DNA of 64,000 nucleotides, taken from Malacoraja senta (lineage: Eukaryota). Location of the stretch: positions 13,082,001 to 13,146,000 of the forward strand of contig CM075982.1 in the NCBI GenBank assembly GCA_038087875.1, given 5' to 3'. Every line of letters begins with the position of its first letter. Position 1 is the first letter of the stretch. The translations under genes and the position numbers were made by a program. Positions 13,121 through 25,409 of the stretch are shown here, piece by piece. The notes beneath the pieces were generated by a model, which did not search any database, had not been told where the DNA came from, and was given only the letters and a program-made list of their open reading frames with translations.

Positions 13121-14979
13121 ACTAGTCAGCATGTGCCCTAATTCAAGCACATGATTAGTGAGTTACTTCATGCACCTCTTTCATTTGTGTTTCTCAGCCC
13201 CTCAGTAAAACAAAGCCCTTTGCACTTATGTGTTGAGCCATTAGGAGGAGCCCTGATCACAATATCAAACCGCTCATGGCCTGTTCCTTGCCCTGGCTTT
13301 TCACCGCTGAGAATTTATCTTTCTAATTGGATCAGCTCTTTTCTCTCTTCAAGGACACTTCATTCCCAGTTTATACTCACTGTTCATTCGGATGAAAGAT
13401 GAATTGAAACCTATTTCTCATTAAGAAGCACTGCATAACGCGATCAGCTAATTTGAAGTGAACTCTTATTAAAAATATATTTTCAGTGCTTGTTCAATCG
13501 GAATGAGCAAGTCAGAGTCACAGATTGGTGCTTGGATGTACACCCAGAATCCAGACACAGTAATTAAATTTTTACAGCTTTACTTATGAGCACATCCTGG
13601 CTGTGAAGAACTATCCGATGTGTGAATGGAATGATGAGCACAGAATTCAATGTCACAAAATTGTTCCTCTCTGTATAATCTTTAAAATCCATTTCTTTTC
13701 GTTGAGCTTAGTTAACCTGCTAAGGTTCAGTTAATTGTCTGTCTTCTATCTGCCCACAGTGCAGCTCTGCACAATTCAGTCTTTTAAATGCCACTTTCTT
13801 CCACCAACTGTACAGACAATGGTCCTGTGACCCATTTTTTTCTCCCTGACATGAAGCGAGTTTGATATAAACTGCAGAGGTCGTGCAGTGCAGAATTAGA
13901 GATTGTGTTATCTGCGCACTGTACACCTATACCTCCACTTTCTCAGTCACTGGAATACACTACACAATTCAAAGATGTTACAAGCTAAATTCATTATGCT
14001 GTTTCATTGCAAATTACACATTTGCAATGCAAGGCACTAATGTTGAGTTTTATTCAGAATTCAGTGTAATGACCATGCCGCATGCAATTACAGAAATTAG
14101 AATACCATCAGCTGCTATTTGGACCATCGATTATTGACGCTGGTGGTAGGTCATCAACTGAACTGCATGAGCGGTTTCAGTTAAGTGGAGAAACTGACAA
14201 ATCTAGGATCCCCCCCCCCCCACCCTAGAGCAGTAAAAAGTCAAGTTGAGATTAAATGGGTGATTATATTTCTGAAAAGTGTTAGAGTAAATAAAGTGAA
14301 ATGATTTTCAATGGCAGGGGTTTGTAACCAAGCACGGTGAAGTGAGGATAATTGGCTAAAGAGCCAGGGGAGATGAACAGATCTAAAGAAATGCAGTGTC
14401 AAGAATGCAGTGACTGAAAGAGCACTGGATACTGATTCAATGGTGTTAGTTGTGATTAAAAAAGAGAAACATGCTTGGGTTGTGGGGAAAGAGCAGAGGA
14501 GCAGGACTGACAGATCTCCTTCGAAGAGTGGGCACAAACAGACTGAAAGGCAACTCCTGTCCCTTACAATTCACTCTTTATATTTTTTTCCATAAATTTT
14601 TCAGATTTTCTGTAAGGTTATAGATCAAACTTTAATAGTCATTTGTTTTGTTAAGACTTTCTGCTCTAATAATCTTCCCTGCGGAAATCTACCCCATTCA
14701 CCTATCCATCACTCTGATCTCATGTTCTCCTTGCTATTGATTTGATACACACATTTAATTTACATTGTCAAACCTTTTGAAACATTTTGAAATTTTCCAT
14801 TAACACCTCGGCACCAGGAGAAAAATGTGCAGGTTTTGCAGCCTCCAAACTATACATAGAATTCCTCTGGTACTTCACTGAACTCATTCCATGGCACAGA
14901 TAACCTTCCCAATCATGAATGGCCATTATATCATGCACGTTGTGTCTGTCCAAACTACATCCACCTTACTGTGGCTTAA

Positions 14980-15200
14980 AAAAGACACAGAGTGCTGGAG
15001 TAACTTTGCGGGTCTCTCAGCATCTCTGGAGAACAAGCATTGGTGATGTTTTGGGTCAGGGCCCTTTTTATGACTGAATTCTTAGAAAGGGCCCTGACCC
15101 AAAATGTCACTATCCTTGTTCTCCAGAGATGCTGCTTGACCTGTGGACTTATTCCAGCACTTTGTGTCTTTTCGTTTGTAAACCAGCATATGCAGTTTGT
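14980..15200. mobile_element. Palindromic (inverted-arm) Penelope-derived element
   Basis: Arms of about 90 bp are inverted: aaagacacagagtgctgga...gggcccttt and aaagggccc...tccagcactttgtgtcttt. Confidence 0.8.
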
Positions 15201-15448
15201 TGTGTCTCCATTACTCTGGCCTAAACCTGTTATTTTCTAAACATCTTCACAGGCCAGCCAAATGGGCCAGCCAAATATTCCATTGTTCCCAACCAGATTC
15301 TTTCATCCTTCACCATCGCATGTACATAAACCCTTCATCCCTACCCCCAATCGTCATTACATTTTGAGAAACACATACCTGACATCAAGATATTCAGATG
15401 TTTTATGATGTACCTGTAGTTCAAAGGTGAGATGTTTCACTATCTTAA

Positions 15449-15956
15449 AGGGCCTGTCCCACAAGCATGCGACTGCATGCGGCAAGCGCGACCAAACCGG
15501 AAGCGGGGGCCGCGCGGAGGTCGAGTGATCCCCGTACAGGGCCTGTCCCACGAGCATGCGACTGCATGCGGCGCGTGCGACCAAACTGGAAGCGGCGGCG
15601 GCGCAGAGGTCGAGTGATCCCGTACGAGTTGACGTGAAGTTCGAGCGAAGTCCGCGGGAAGTTCGCACGTGACGTACGGCGTCAAGACGCTGCATACGGC
15701 GTCGAGACGCTGCGCACGCCCATCAAGGCGATGCGTACGGCCTCAATGTGGCTGCGGGCCGGCAGGCCGTTGCCTCGCGGAATTTTTGGACAGTGTCAGT
15801 TTTTCGGGGGACCCGCGCGATGTCGGGACCAGCTCCGCACAACTCCATACGGCTCCGGCGATCGAAGTGGGACCGGCCCCGCAAGGCCGTACGGCTCAAG
15901 CGACCACGTTAGGTCGCACTTGCCGCATGCAGTCGCTTGCTCGTGGGACAGGCCCT
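15449..15956. mobile_element. PIF/Harbinger-type MITE
   Basis: TIR AGGGCCTGTCCCAC ... GTGGGACAGGCCCT, extending imperfectly to about 45 bp; TAA TSD at 15446-15448 and 15957-15959; no transposase; CpG-rich, suggesting a young insertion. Confidence 0.9.
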
Positions 15957-17049
15957 TAAGGTCCCTCCATTTCGAGCCCAGGATTTTGAAGTGAATTAGG
16001 TTTGAATCAACGAACATTCTTTGATAGCGCTTCAAATAAATATTTTAACTTGGTGATGCTGGCTGTACGGCCCAAAGTCTTTTACCGATGAGCCATTATC
16101 TAACCACTGCTGCTTATCCTTACGGCGGAAGTGGAATTGAACAGTATGCCCACTTTTTGTGTTAGTTATAAGTAACTATGGTCGAGTTAACATTTTAAGC
16201 ATTTAAATAAGATAATGCCACTGTGCTAATTGATGAAATAAGTTTATTTATGGAAGGAGAGTGTCTGGGGAAAGTATGGAGAAAGAGGCTGTTTCACAAT
16301 ATGGTCATGCATAATGGAGACATCTGAGGGTGTCCCTGTGAGCCGATTAAGGTGGGGCCCGGAGTAACATGGAGGAGATGTGGCAGCTTTGATTACCAGC
16401 CTGTGCCATCATTGGGACAGCAGAGTATGCTCATTTAGTCAGACCATGCGATGAGCCAGAGCTGGCTGGAGAGGAGGGAAACGGAAAATAATGGAAATCA
16501 ATGCAACTTTTCATCCATAAAATGCATGTATTATAGAGGTGTTGGAATAGTACCATCAACACATCAGATCGCCACTAACATGAAGCAGACTGAGGAAGCA
16601 CTGAAGTGGTAGGGTAATACAAACAAAACTTTTTCCCTTTGAGCATTGAGCCTGATTTTATGTGATAGTCACTACCACTCCAGTGTGCCCAGCATTAGCA
16701 TTTGTATTTTAGTTGATCAATAGCAATTTAATTAAATCAGGCAATCCATGATTATTTAATTATGTGAACGAGATGCATGCACTGATTCATTCAGCCACGC
16801 GTTCTTTCTTAAAAATATTACTGCGCAATCGATCCCAATAAACCACCCAGCCATTGTTTATTAGAAAATCATATCAACAAATCCTTTTACCTGGAACTCT
16901 ATAGAAACTTGGAAAGAAATGGAAACGTCTGATGCAAAGTAAAGAGGGCAAATAGTTTCTTTTTTTTTTTATCGCCTCTTTAATGGTTAGGTTCTCCTAA
17001 CAGTTTAAAATAATACTCTCAGGAAGGAAACATGAGGCACAAGTTATTG

Positions 17050-17292
17050 AAGACAGAGAGTTCCTAACAGTGTAACTAGTGAGAGTGAGAATAACCAATA
17101 GTGTAACCAGTGGAACTGATAATAACCAATTATGTAACCAGAGTGATTGAATAACTAGCAGTGTAACCAGTGTGACTGATAATAACCAATAGTGTAACCA
17201 GTGGGACTGAGGGTTTCCAACAATGGTACCAGTGGGGCAGAGAGTAACCATTCATGTAACCAGTGAGGCTGAAGTAACTCGCAGTGCAACCC
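17050..17292. repeat. Minisatellite, about 30-31 bp unit, about 7 degenerate copies
   Basis: Recurring gtgtaaccagtgNNactgataataaccaat (e.g. 17101, 17161, 17192). Confidence 0.85.
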
Positions 17293-17357
17293 TCTGTTTC
17301 TGATCCAGTCTACCACCTCACTGAAGGCTCCGCTCCTTCAACATCTGCAGTAAGATG

Positions 17358-17901
17358 CTAGAGATATTCTACCAATCGGTGGTAGCCAGTGCCATCTTGT
17401 TCGCTGCCGTGTGCTGGGGCAGCAGGACGAAGGCCGCGGATTCGAAGGCCAATAGGATGAACAAACTTATCAGGCAGGCTGGCTCCGTCCTGGGGGCAGA
17501 GTTGGATTAATGGGAGGAGGTCTAGGAGGGGAGGATGCTCCTCAAACTGTGGAGCATCCTGAACAATACAGCTCACCCTCTCCATGACACACTGGTCAAC
17601 CTGAGGAGTACCTTCAGCAACAGATTGGTTCAACCAAGATGCAGGACAGAACTGCACAGGAGATCCTTCTTCCCCGTGGCTATCAAACTGTACAACTCCT
17701 CCCCCTTCTGTCCTGAGGTAGACTGAGACTGACCCCCTTTCCCCCCCACCCCCCCCCCCCCCCCCACACCTCCCCAATCCTTGCACATCCCCTATCCTTT
17801 CCACTCGTCACTTTAATTTCATGTTTCATGTATCTTGTGTTTTAATGACTGTTGGCAGATGAATTTCCCTCCTGGGATAAATAAAGTTCTATCGTATCGT
17901 A
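17358..17901 (+). mobile_element. Rex1/Babar-type LINE 3' end
   Basis: Remnants FYQSVVASAILFAAVCWG and HPLH...RCRTELHRRSFFPVAIKLYN; C-rich 3'UTR; aataaa followed by an (ATCGT)n tail. Confidence 0.8.
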
Positions 17902-18254
17902 ACAGAAATAATCGATTTTGATGTGTGGTTTAGAAAGAACACTCTGCTTTCCTAATAAAATCATTGTTAACTTGAGACATTTAAAATGTTTTGCAGTAAG
18001 TACACAGTACAATACACCCTTAATCTACACGCTGTATCCAACTTTAACCTTATTATGTTGCTTTTACATGGCCATATGTCTCATCGGAGAGCCTGGGTTA
18101 GGAAGGATGGGCTAATACTGACACCATCTTCATTTTACTTAGGGCAGTGCAAGTTGCCGGTCAGGACAACACTCAGTTGTTCGTGAACAAAAAGAGAAGT
18201 ATGCCCATATTATGGTTTTAAAATCATATTGGTAGTTGGAAGAAGAGTAAAACT

Positions 18255-18650
18255 CAGGTAGGTGAGTAGCTGAGGGGTGATATTATAGAGGTGTATAAAC
18301 TCATTAGGGGGAATAGATCGGCTGAAGGCACAGAGTCTTTCCCCCAGGATAGGATAATCAAAAACTAGAGGACACAGGTTTAATGTGAGAGGAAAAACAT
18401 TTAATGGGAACCCGAGGGGCAATATTTCACAGAAGATAGTAGGTAAATGAAACGAGCTGCCAGAGGAAATAGTTGAGGCAGTTGCAGTTACAACATTTAA
18501 AAGCCATTTGGGAAGCTAGATGGATGGAGAAGATTTAGGGGGATCAGGTGCAAACATGGCAAAATGCGACTAGCGTAGATGGAGCAACTTGGTCACCATT
18601 GACGAGCTGGGCTCTAAGGCTTGTTTCCGTGCTGAATGACTCCATGACTT
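18255..18650 (+). mobile_element. Old CR1 3' fragment
   Basis: gctgaggggtgatattatagaggtgtataa ... ggcttgtttccgtgctgaatgactccatga. Confidence 0.75.
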
Positions 18651-18789
18651 ACAAAGCTTAAAAATAAACTTCAAACTTCCAGAAGAACTCAGCAGTGCAT
18701 GCAGCATCGGTGGAGATGAATATTACATTTGTATCACGTCTGCCTCCCTTCCTGGTTTGCTTTTAGCCACTTTTGCACGCTTGAGCTGA

Positions 18790-19712
18790 CAATAGGCAAT
18801 AAACAATAGGTGCAGGAGTAGGCCATGCGGCCCTTCAAGCCAGCACTGCCATTGAATGTGATCATGGCTGATCATCCACAATCAGTACCCCATTCCTGCC
18901 TTCTCTCCATATCGCCTGACTCCACTATCTTCAAGAGCCCTATCTAGCTCTCTCTTGGAAGTTTCCAGAGAACCAGCCTCCACTGCTGTCTGAGGCAGAG
19001 CATTCCACACTCACAACTCTCTGTGTGAAAAAGTGTTTCCTCATCTCCATTCTAAATGGCTTACCCCTTATTCTTAAACTGTGGCCCCTGGTTCTGGACT
19101 CCCCCAACATCGGGAACATGTTTCCTGCCTCTAGTGTGTCCAAACCCTTAATAATCTTATATGTTTCAATAAGATCCAATCTCATCCTTCTAAAATCCAG
19201 AGTATACAAGCCCAGCCGCTCCATTCTCTCAGCATATGACAGTCCCGCCATCCCGGGAATTAACCTTGTGTACCTATGCTGCACTCCCTCAATAGCAAGA
19301 ATGTCCTTCCTCAAATTTGGAGAACAAAACTGCACACAATACTCCAGGTGTGGTCTCACTAGGGCCCTGTACAACTGCAGAAGGACCTCTTTGCTCCTAT
19401 ACTCAACTCCTCATGTTATGAAGGCCAACATGCCATTTGCTTTCTTCACTGCCTGCTGTACCTGCATGCTTACTTTCATTGACTGATGAACAAGGACCCC
19501 CAGATCCCGTTGTACTTCCCCTTTTCCCAACTTTACACCATTTAGATAATAATCTTCCTTCCTATTTTTGCTACCGAAGTGGATAACCTCACATTTATCC
19601 ACATTAAACTGCATCCGCCATGCATCTGCCCACTCACCCAACGTGTCCAAGTCACCCTGCATTCTCATAGCATCCTCCTCACAGTTCACACCGCCACGCA
19701 GCTTTGTGTCAT
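18790..19712 (-). mobile_element. 5'-truncated CR1 LINE
   Basis: Minus-strand ORFs 19411-19689 (WADAWRMQFNVDKCEV) and 18940-19374 (YRALVRPHLEYCVQF); 8-bp repeat tail (caatagg/caataaa on the plus strand). Confidence 0.93.
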
Positions 19713-20671
19713 GAATGTAGCTGAATGTAGCTAAACTGCCTGCTGAATGTAGCTAAACCTGGAAAGAAACAAATGGTGCAAAGATTATTGATTTGTTTTT
19801 GATGTCATTACCTGAGGCCATAGCACCTCCTAGTCTGCACTTCTTGAAATGCTCCATCTTTCAGTAAATACAGTGGTTATTAATTCACATATATACACAC
19901 ACACACACACACAAAATGTCAAAATAATTTCCATGTATTTATCAAAGTTGCAGTAATGAGACAGCTTGACAGCAGCGAGCATAGCCTGCTTAATGAGTCT
20001 GTGCTGAGTTAATATCAAAACTGATCAGAGCTGTACATGTTGCCATAGCTGCCTGGCTTGTTGATGAGTTGCAAAGCTTTAAACTGGAGGGTCAGTGTTG
20101 AAATGAGCAGTCGTGATTTTATGAATATTTGCTGACAATGTTTGAAACGTTAACCAGACATTGAAGAAGTGTTTGAAGCATGTATCTGTCCCCGTGGAAT
20201 AGTTTACATTTCAAGGAGATGCTGTGGGGATTTGAGCCTTCCATTGGTAGCATGAGGAAGAATTGAAGTCGGTGTGAGCAGGTTATAGAAATAGAAAAGA
20301 TGCATACTTCATCCGTGCCGGGATAGTGAAGTGGGGTGGGGGACTGCTCTGTAGTAAATAACACATAGCTTCTTTAATAAAATGAAAGTTTAGAAACTGA
20401 ACATGTTATGCCCATTGTATCAAAACATAACCAATGTCCGGGCTGCAAATGGTGAATGCACTTGTTCTCCATTGGAAGTCTGCTGCATGCTGTGCTGCAT
20501 TTAATATTGATTGCAAAACGGGCTTTGATACTGCTGACTCATCAAATGTAGTGTTTTGTGACCAAGTAGCTTCTGTATTGTTGGGGTTGTCTGGGGAAAC
20601 CTACACAATCAGCCTGGAGATATCCTTGACTTAGGGAGGTGCTGTCAGAGCAGCCTTGGTGTGCCTGGGCG

Positions 20672-20960
20672 TCTGGGCAGTATAGTTGCGCAGCGGTAGA
20701 TTTGCTGCCTTACGGTGCCAGAGACCCGGGTTCGGTCCTGAATACGGGAGCTTATCTGTACGGAGTTTGTATGTTCTCCCCGTGACCTACGTGGGTTTTC
20801 TCCAGGATCTCCAATTCCCTGCCAAAGACGTATGTAGGTATAAATGTAAATTGCCACTAGTGTGTGTGGATAACATTAATGTGCGGGGATTGCTGGTCGG
20901 AACAGACTCGGTGGGCCGAAGGGCTTGTTTACACGTTGTATCTCTAAGCTAAAACCTAAA
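20672..20960 (+). mobile_element. V-SINE
   Basis: A/B boxes (ttgcgcagcggtag; gggttcggtcc), SINE body and ctaa-type tail. Confidence 0.85.
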
Positions 20961-21049
20961 GTATCTGCAATGTATTTTGTAGATTTTACATGCTTGAATC
21001 ACTATGGAGAGAATGAATGATTAATAAGGTGTCGCCCAGGCTGCCTAGT

Positions 21050-21280
21050 CCTGGGCGATGTCCAGAGTTGTTGTTGATACACTTAGTCAGGCAAACGGAG
21101 AGTCTTCTGTCACACTCTTGACGTGCCATGTAGTGGTGGAAAGGCTCTGAAGAGTTAGAAGACGGGTTACTCACCAACTTCCTGACATGCACGTAGCCAA
21201 CATATTTATGTGGTTGGTCCAGTTGAGTTTCTGGTGAGTGTGACCTCCAGGATATCGATGGTGGAGGACTCGACAATGGT
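21050..21280 (-). mobile_element. Ancient LINE remnant (L2/CR1 group); related pieces at about 9040-9300, 23560-23850 and 55600-56020
   Basis: Shared degenerate motif ttgagtttctggt.a.tg.tgac.c..ccc between about 9133 and about 21223; no ORF. Confidence 0.4.
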
Positions 21281-21290
21281 TAAGCTATTT

Positions 21291-21420
21291 TCATAAGATC
21301 ATAAGATAGGAGCAGAATTAGGCCATTCGGCCCATCAAGTCTACTCCGCCATTCAATCATGGCTGACCTATCTCTCCCTCCTAACCCCATTCTCCTGCCT
21401 TCTCCCCAGAACCTCTGACG
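21291..21420 (-). mobile_element. CR1 3' tail fragment
   Basis: (CATAAGAT)n tail plus CR1 3'UTR (aattaggccattcggcccatc). Confidence 0.8.
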
Positions 21421-21824
21421 CCTGCTCCTGACATGACATTTTGCCCTCATGTGATCTGTGGTTTCCACACTGAGTATTTCACTCAGCATCGGATGATCAA
21501 GGTCTGCAGGAGAAGGCATTACCATTGCCCAAAGCATGCAATTGCATGTGTCCTTCACTGGACCACATACATTTTACACTTCAAACTGTTGCAGCCTCTC
21601 TGTGCATTTCAGCAATTGATCTAAGAAATAAATTGAGTAAATTGAAGGTCGAGTGAAGAATAGTGGTGCTTCCAGAATTTAGATTTTATAAAAGAAGACT
21701 GATAAATATTTGAGTAGGAGCAAGTTAAACACGGATGATAGACTGAAAAATGAGAGAAAATGGGTTGCATTTTCAAAAGCTTGAAGCAAAGCACTGTAAG
21801 AACATTTGTAAATTCCAAGAGCCT

Positions 21825-22205
21825 TTGTTACAGGTAGATCGTGTTTGGATCTTGATGGAATCTATTGTGCACTCTGTGCATTTCATCATGAGGATGTTGC
21901 CAGGACTCAAGGGCCTGAGCTATTGGGAGAGGCTGAGCAGGCTTGGACTTTATTCCTTGGATCTTACAGAGTTGTATAAGATCATGAGAGGAACCGATAG
22001 GCTAAATGCACAGAGTCTTTTATCCAGAGTAGGGGAATTGAGAACCAGAGGACATAGGTAAAGAGTTAAAGATTAGATAGGAAATAAGTTTAGCCAAATA
22101 TGGGCCAAACACAGACAAGTGGGACTACTGTAGAAGGGGCATGTTGGTTGGCGTGGTCAAGTTGGGCCAAAGGGCCTGTTTCCATGCTGCACAACTCTAT
22201 GATTC
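21825..22205 (+). mobile_element. Decayed CR1 3' fragment
   Basis: RMLPGLKGLSYWERLSRLGLYSL; 3' end gggcctgtttccatgctg. Confidence 0.75.
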
Positions 22206-23999
22206 AGGTTGATTTGTACCTTGAATACTAGGATTGCCTCTGCTCTTTGCATTTTGTCCGGGGCAGTCAAACCATCCGCAGTCGGGGCGATCAAAACCAT
22301 TATTTAGAAGAGATATTAATTACCTGTTTTCACGTTTCTTCTTGCTGTGTGCAGATAGGTTCCATGATGCCTACACTAAAACAGTAATCACACTTCCAAT
22401 TCACTTCATTGACTGAAGGGCTTTGCAATGTCTTGTGGCTGCAAAAGGTGCTTTCTAAATGCAAGACTTTCAGGCAGATTATGGCACCTCGAGAGCCATA
22501 AATGAAGTTTTAACTTCAAGTGTCCATTTATTGTTGCTAATGTTAACAGATGGTCTGATTTTGGATTTATCCGGCAACGAAGACCAGGCTGATAAAAGGC
22601 TAAATGCAGATCTTCAACCCACAACGCTCAAACTGTTGTGATCAGCAACGATTAACATCAATAGTTGCCAAGTTGCTTGGACCAGGGGGCCATCCATAAC
22701 CCACGGGCACTAAGTCCCAGAGATCTGATCAATGCAGAGCTGAATGACAACTGATGTCTGCACAATTTAGTTCTCTGGCAAGGCTTATTGGACAGTCGAG
22801 AGCAGGAATCATCTGATTTAATCCACTCCCTGGGCTGGAGGTGTGGAGACCGATCATGGCAGATGGAGTGCTAACAGTATTTGTCTTGATTAACTCAGCC
22901 CAGACTGAAACAACGAGCCTGTGAGCTCCCTCATTTCCAGTCTTCTGCAGTGTACCAGGTAGTGAATTAACGCAAGGCCATTCAGGGACCAGGCAGAGAG
23001 CAACGATCGATGCATCCCAGCTTGGAAGCAGCCCCAAGCTGTGCCCTGTGGATGTCACATGCTGATGAACAATATAATGGGAATGCAGCCAGTTAGTAAG
23101 AAGCCTTCTGTTTCTCCATAAGACAGTCAGTTCTGTAGTAATATACAATCCTAATATTGATAGACCATGGGAGTTCTTGTCTGTAGTTATTCTTCGTGTT
23201 CAGCTTATAGCTGAGTTAAAATTCTTAACATGAATGATCCTGATGCTAATTATTTATTTGATCACATTCTGTTCTAATCTGTGACTAGAAAAGTAGAAGG
23301 GTCGGTTACACTCTAATTATGTGTACGCACTGTTTGCATTAGCAGATAATAATCTATTGACAAACTATAAATTCAGTATGCCAGTAAAAATCCAAGCTTG
23401 GATCTGTCAGCCACATTCGTACAAATCCAGGTCTACTGTTTATCTGTGGTGCTCTTTGTGCTGTTGTGAATCAAGTTATCTAAATTTGTTATTTGTTTTG
23501 CACCATCTCTAACTCATTCTCAGTTCAAAGCCGTAATTGGCTGCCTCGTACAATCTCTTCCTCTGCAATCAATGGGACTAGAAAAGATGAGTATCTTGGA
23601 AACCTTGAGCAGTGTAGACCTCACACTACTGTAACTGGAATGCTGATCTACCCTGTTCCAGCTTCCACCGGGTAGTTTATTCAATGAGCCATAATCCAGC
23701 TGCCACGGGGACCAGTGAGGGAATGAGGTCTGGGCCCCTCCAAACTCCTGGGACAGAGTCACTGTCACAGCCCTGGTCCCTTCAACACTGGTGTGGGAGA
23801 TGGGCAGAGGTTCTGCTACAACAAAGGCCTCAGAAAGGTCAGGATGGCCTTTGTCGAGTCCTGGTGTAATTTGTGCACTGTCACTTCTCTACCCGGGAGA
23901 GCTGTGCACTCTGTGTTGGAGTTTACCCCTCTAATCGGAGCACTGCTCTGATTGATGAATTCAAGGAAACTCCAATAGTTTCATGTTGCATAAAGACGT

Positions 24000-24600
24000 G
24001 TCATAAAACCAGAATTAGGCCATTTGGCCCGTCAAGTTTAATCCGCCATTCTGTTGTGCCTGATCTATCTTTACCTCTCAACCCCATTCCCCTGCCTTCT
24101 ACCTGTAACCTTTGGCACTCTTACTAATAAAGAACCTGTCAATCTCCATTATAAAAATACCCAATGTCTTGGCCTCCACGGCCGTCTGCGGCAATGAATT
24201 CCACAAATTGACCACCCTTTGGCTAAAGAAATTCCGCCTCATCTACTTTCTAAAGGTGCGTCCTTTTATTCTGGGACTGTGCCTTCTAGTTCTAGACTTT
24301 CCCACTAGTGGAAACATCCTCTCCATATCCACTCTATCTATGCCTTTCACTATTCGGTAAGTTTCAATGAGATCCCCCATCTCATCTTTCTAAACATCCA
24401 GTGAATACAAGCTGAAAGATGTCAAACAATCAACAATGTTAACCCACTCATCCGCGGGACATTCTCGTAAACCTCCTCTGGACCCTCCCCAATGTCAGCA
24501 CATCCTTCCTCAGATATGGGCCCCAAAACTGCTCACAATACTCCAAATGCAGTTTGACCAGTGCCCTGAAAAGCTTCGACATTGCATCCCTGCTATATTA
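24000..24600 (-). mobile_element. CR1 3' fragment
   Basis: Reverse complement of the CR1 ORF2 C-terminus and 3'UTR (aattaggccatttggccc ... gctcacaatactccaaatg). Confidence 0.85.
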
Positions 24601-25409
24601 CTCTAGCATTAGAATGCAAAGGATTTTCACTGAAGTGTAAGCGTTGTATGTATGGTGGAATTTATTACTCCGTGATTGTAGTATTTTATAAGCAGACTTT
24701 AATGTGTTTTTGTTAACGTATTTTGTAGTAAGCGATTTTTAAGAATTTGAACACATCATTGAGAGGATAATTCATGAATTCCAATAGTCTAAGCATTCAG
24801 TGGTGTTATACGATCACCACTGCTTTTTTAATCCGCATACACTGAGCATGATTTCCCACTGAGTATCCAAGAGCGATGAATACAGAGGAGATTTGCTCAT
24901 TCACACTGTTACCCAACACCTTCTTGTATGGCTTCTCTTTCTCCTGTCTCTCCTCTGCTCTTTGCACCTCACTTACATGACTCTCCATGTATCGGTAGGT
25001 TTCAGTGGGCTATATCACTGAGTGTGTGTCTCTGCAATTATCCATCATTTATTCTTCACCAACAGCTTCACCTTTTTAACAGAATAGAGATTGGTCACTG
25101 TAATCCCACGAAACTGACCGCAGTCACAGCCCCCCAAATCTATCTCGTTCTAAAGAAAAGTTTGGCTTCATTTATACGGGACTCTTCTCAACACGGCAAT
25201 GTCTCAGAGAACTTTGCAGTCACTGTTGTCGAGTTGATGCACACACTCTTTGTTAGAATCAGCTTATGTACACATTGCATGGTCCCATGTGTATGGCTTA
25301 TCTGCTTATCAACAAACAAGACAATTGATCTTTGAGATCCAGCTGACAGTTCAGCTTTGGCTTGATATTCATGCCAATCCTTCAGACGAATCACCAAAAT
25401 CACCAATTG

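Noticed and set aside
15449-15956. CpG island or promoter with several overlapping ORFs
   Set aside because: The GC/CpG-rich block coincides exactly with a TIR- and TAA-TSD-bounded MITE; the ORFs reflect low stop-codon frequency.
17050-17292. Regularly spaced repeats resembling a CRISPR array
   Set aside because: Units are contiguous degenerate tandem copies with no unique spacers, the context is vertebrate and there are no cas genes; it is a minisatellite.
24928-25335. Unique-sequence ORFs over 100 aa (also 22729-23148, 45361-45705, 61046-61453)
   Set aside because: No recognisable domain or convincing exon boundaries; lengths are compatible with chance in 64 kb.
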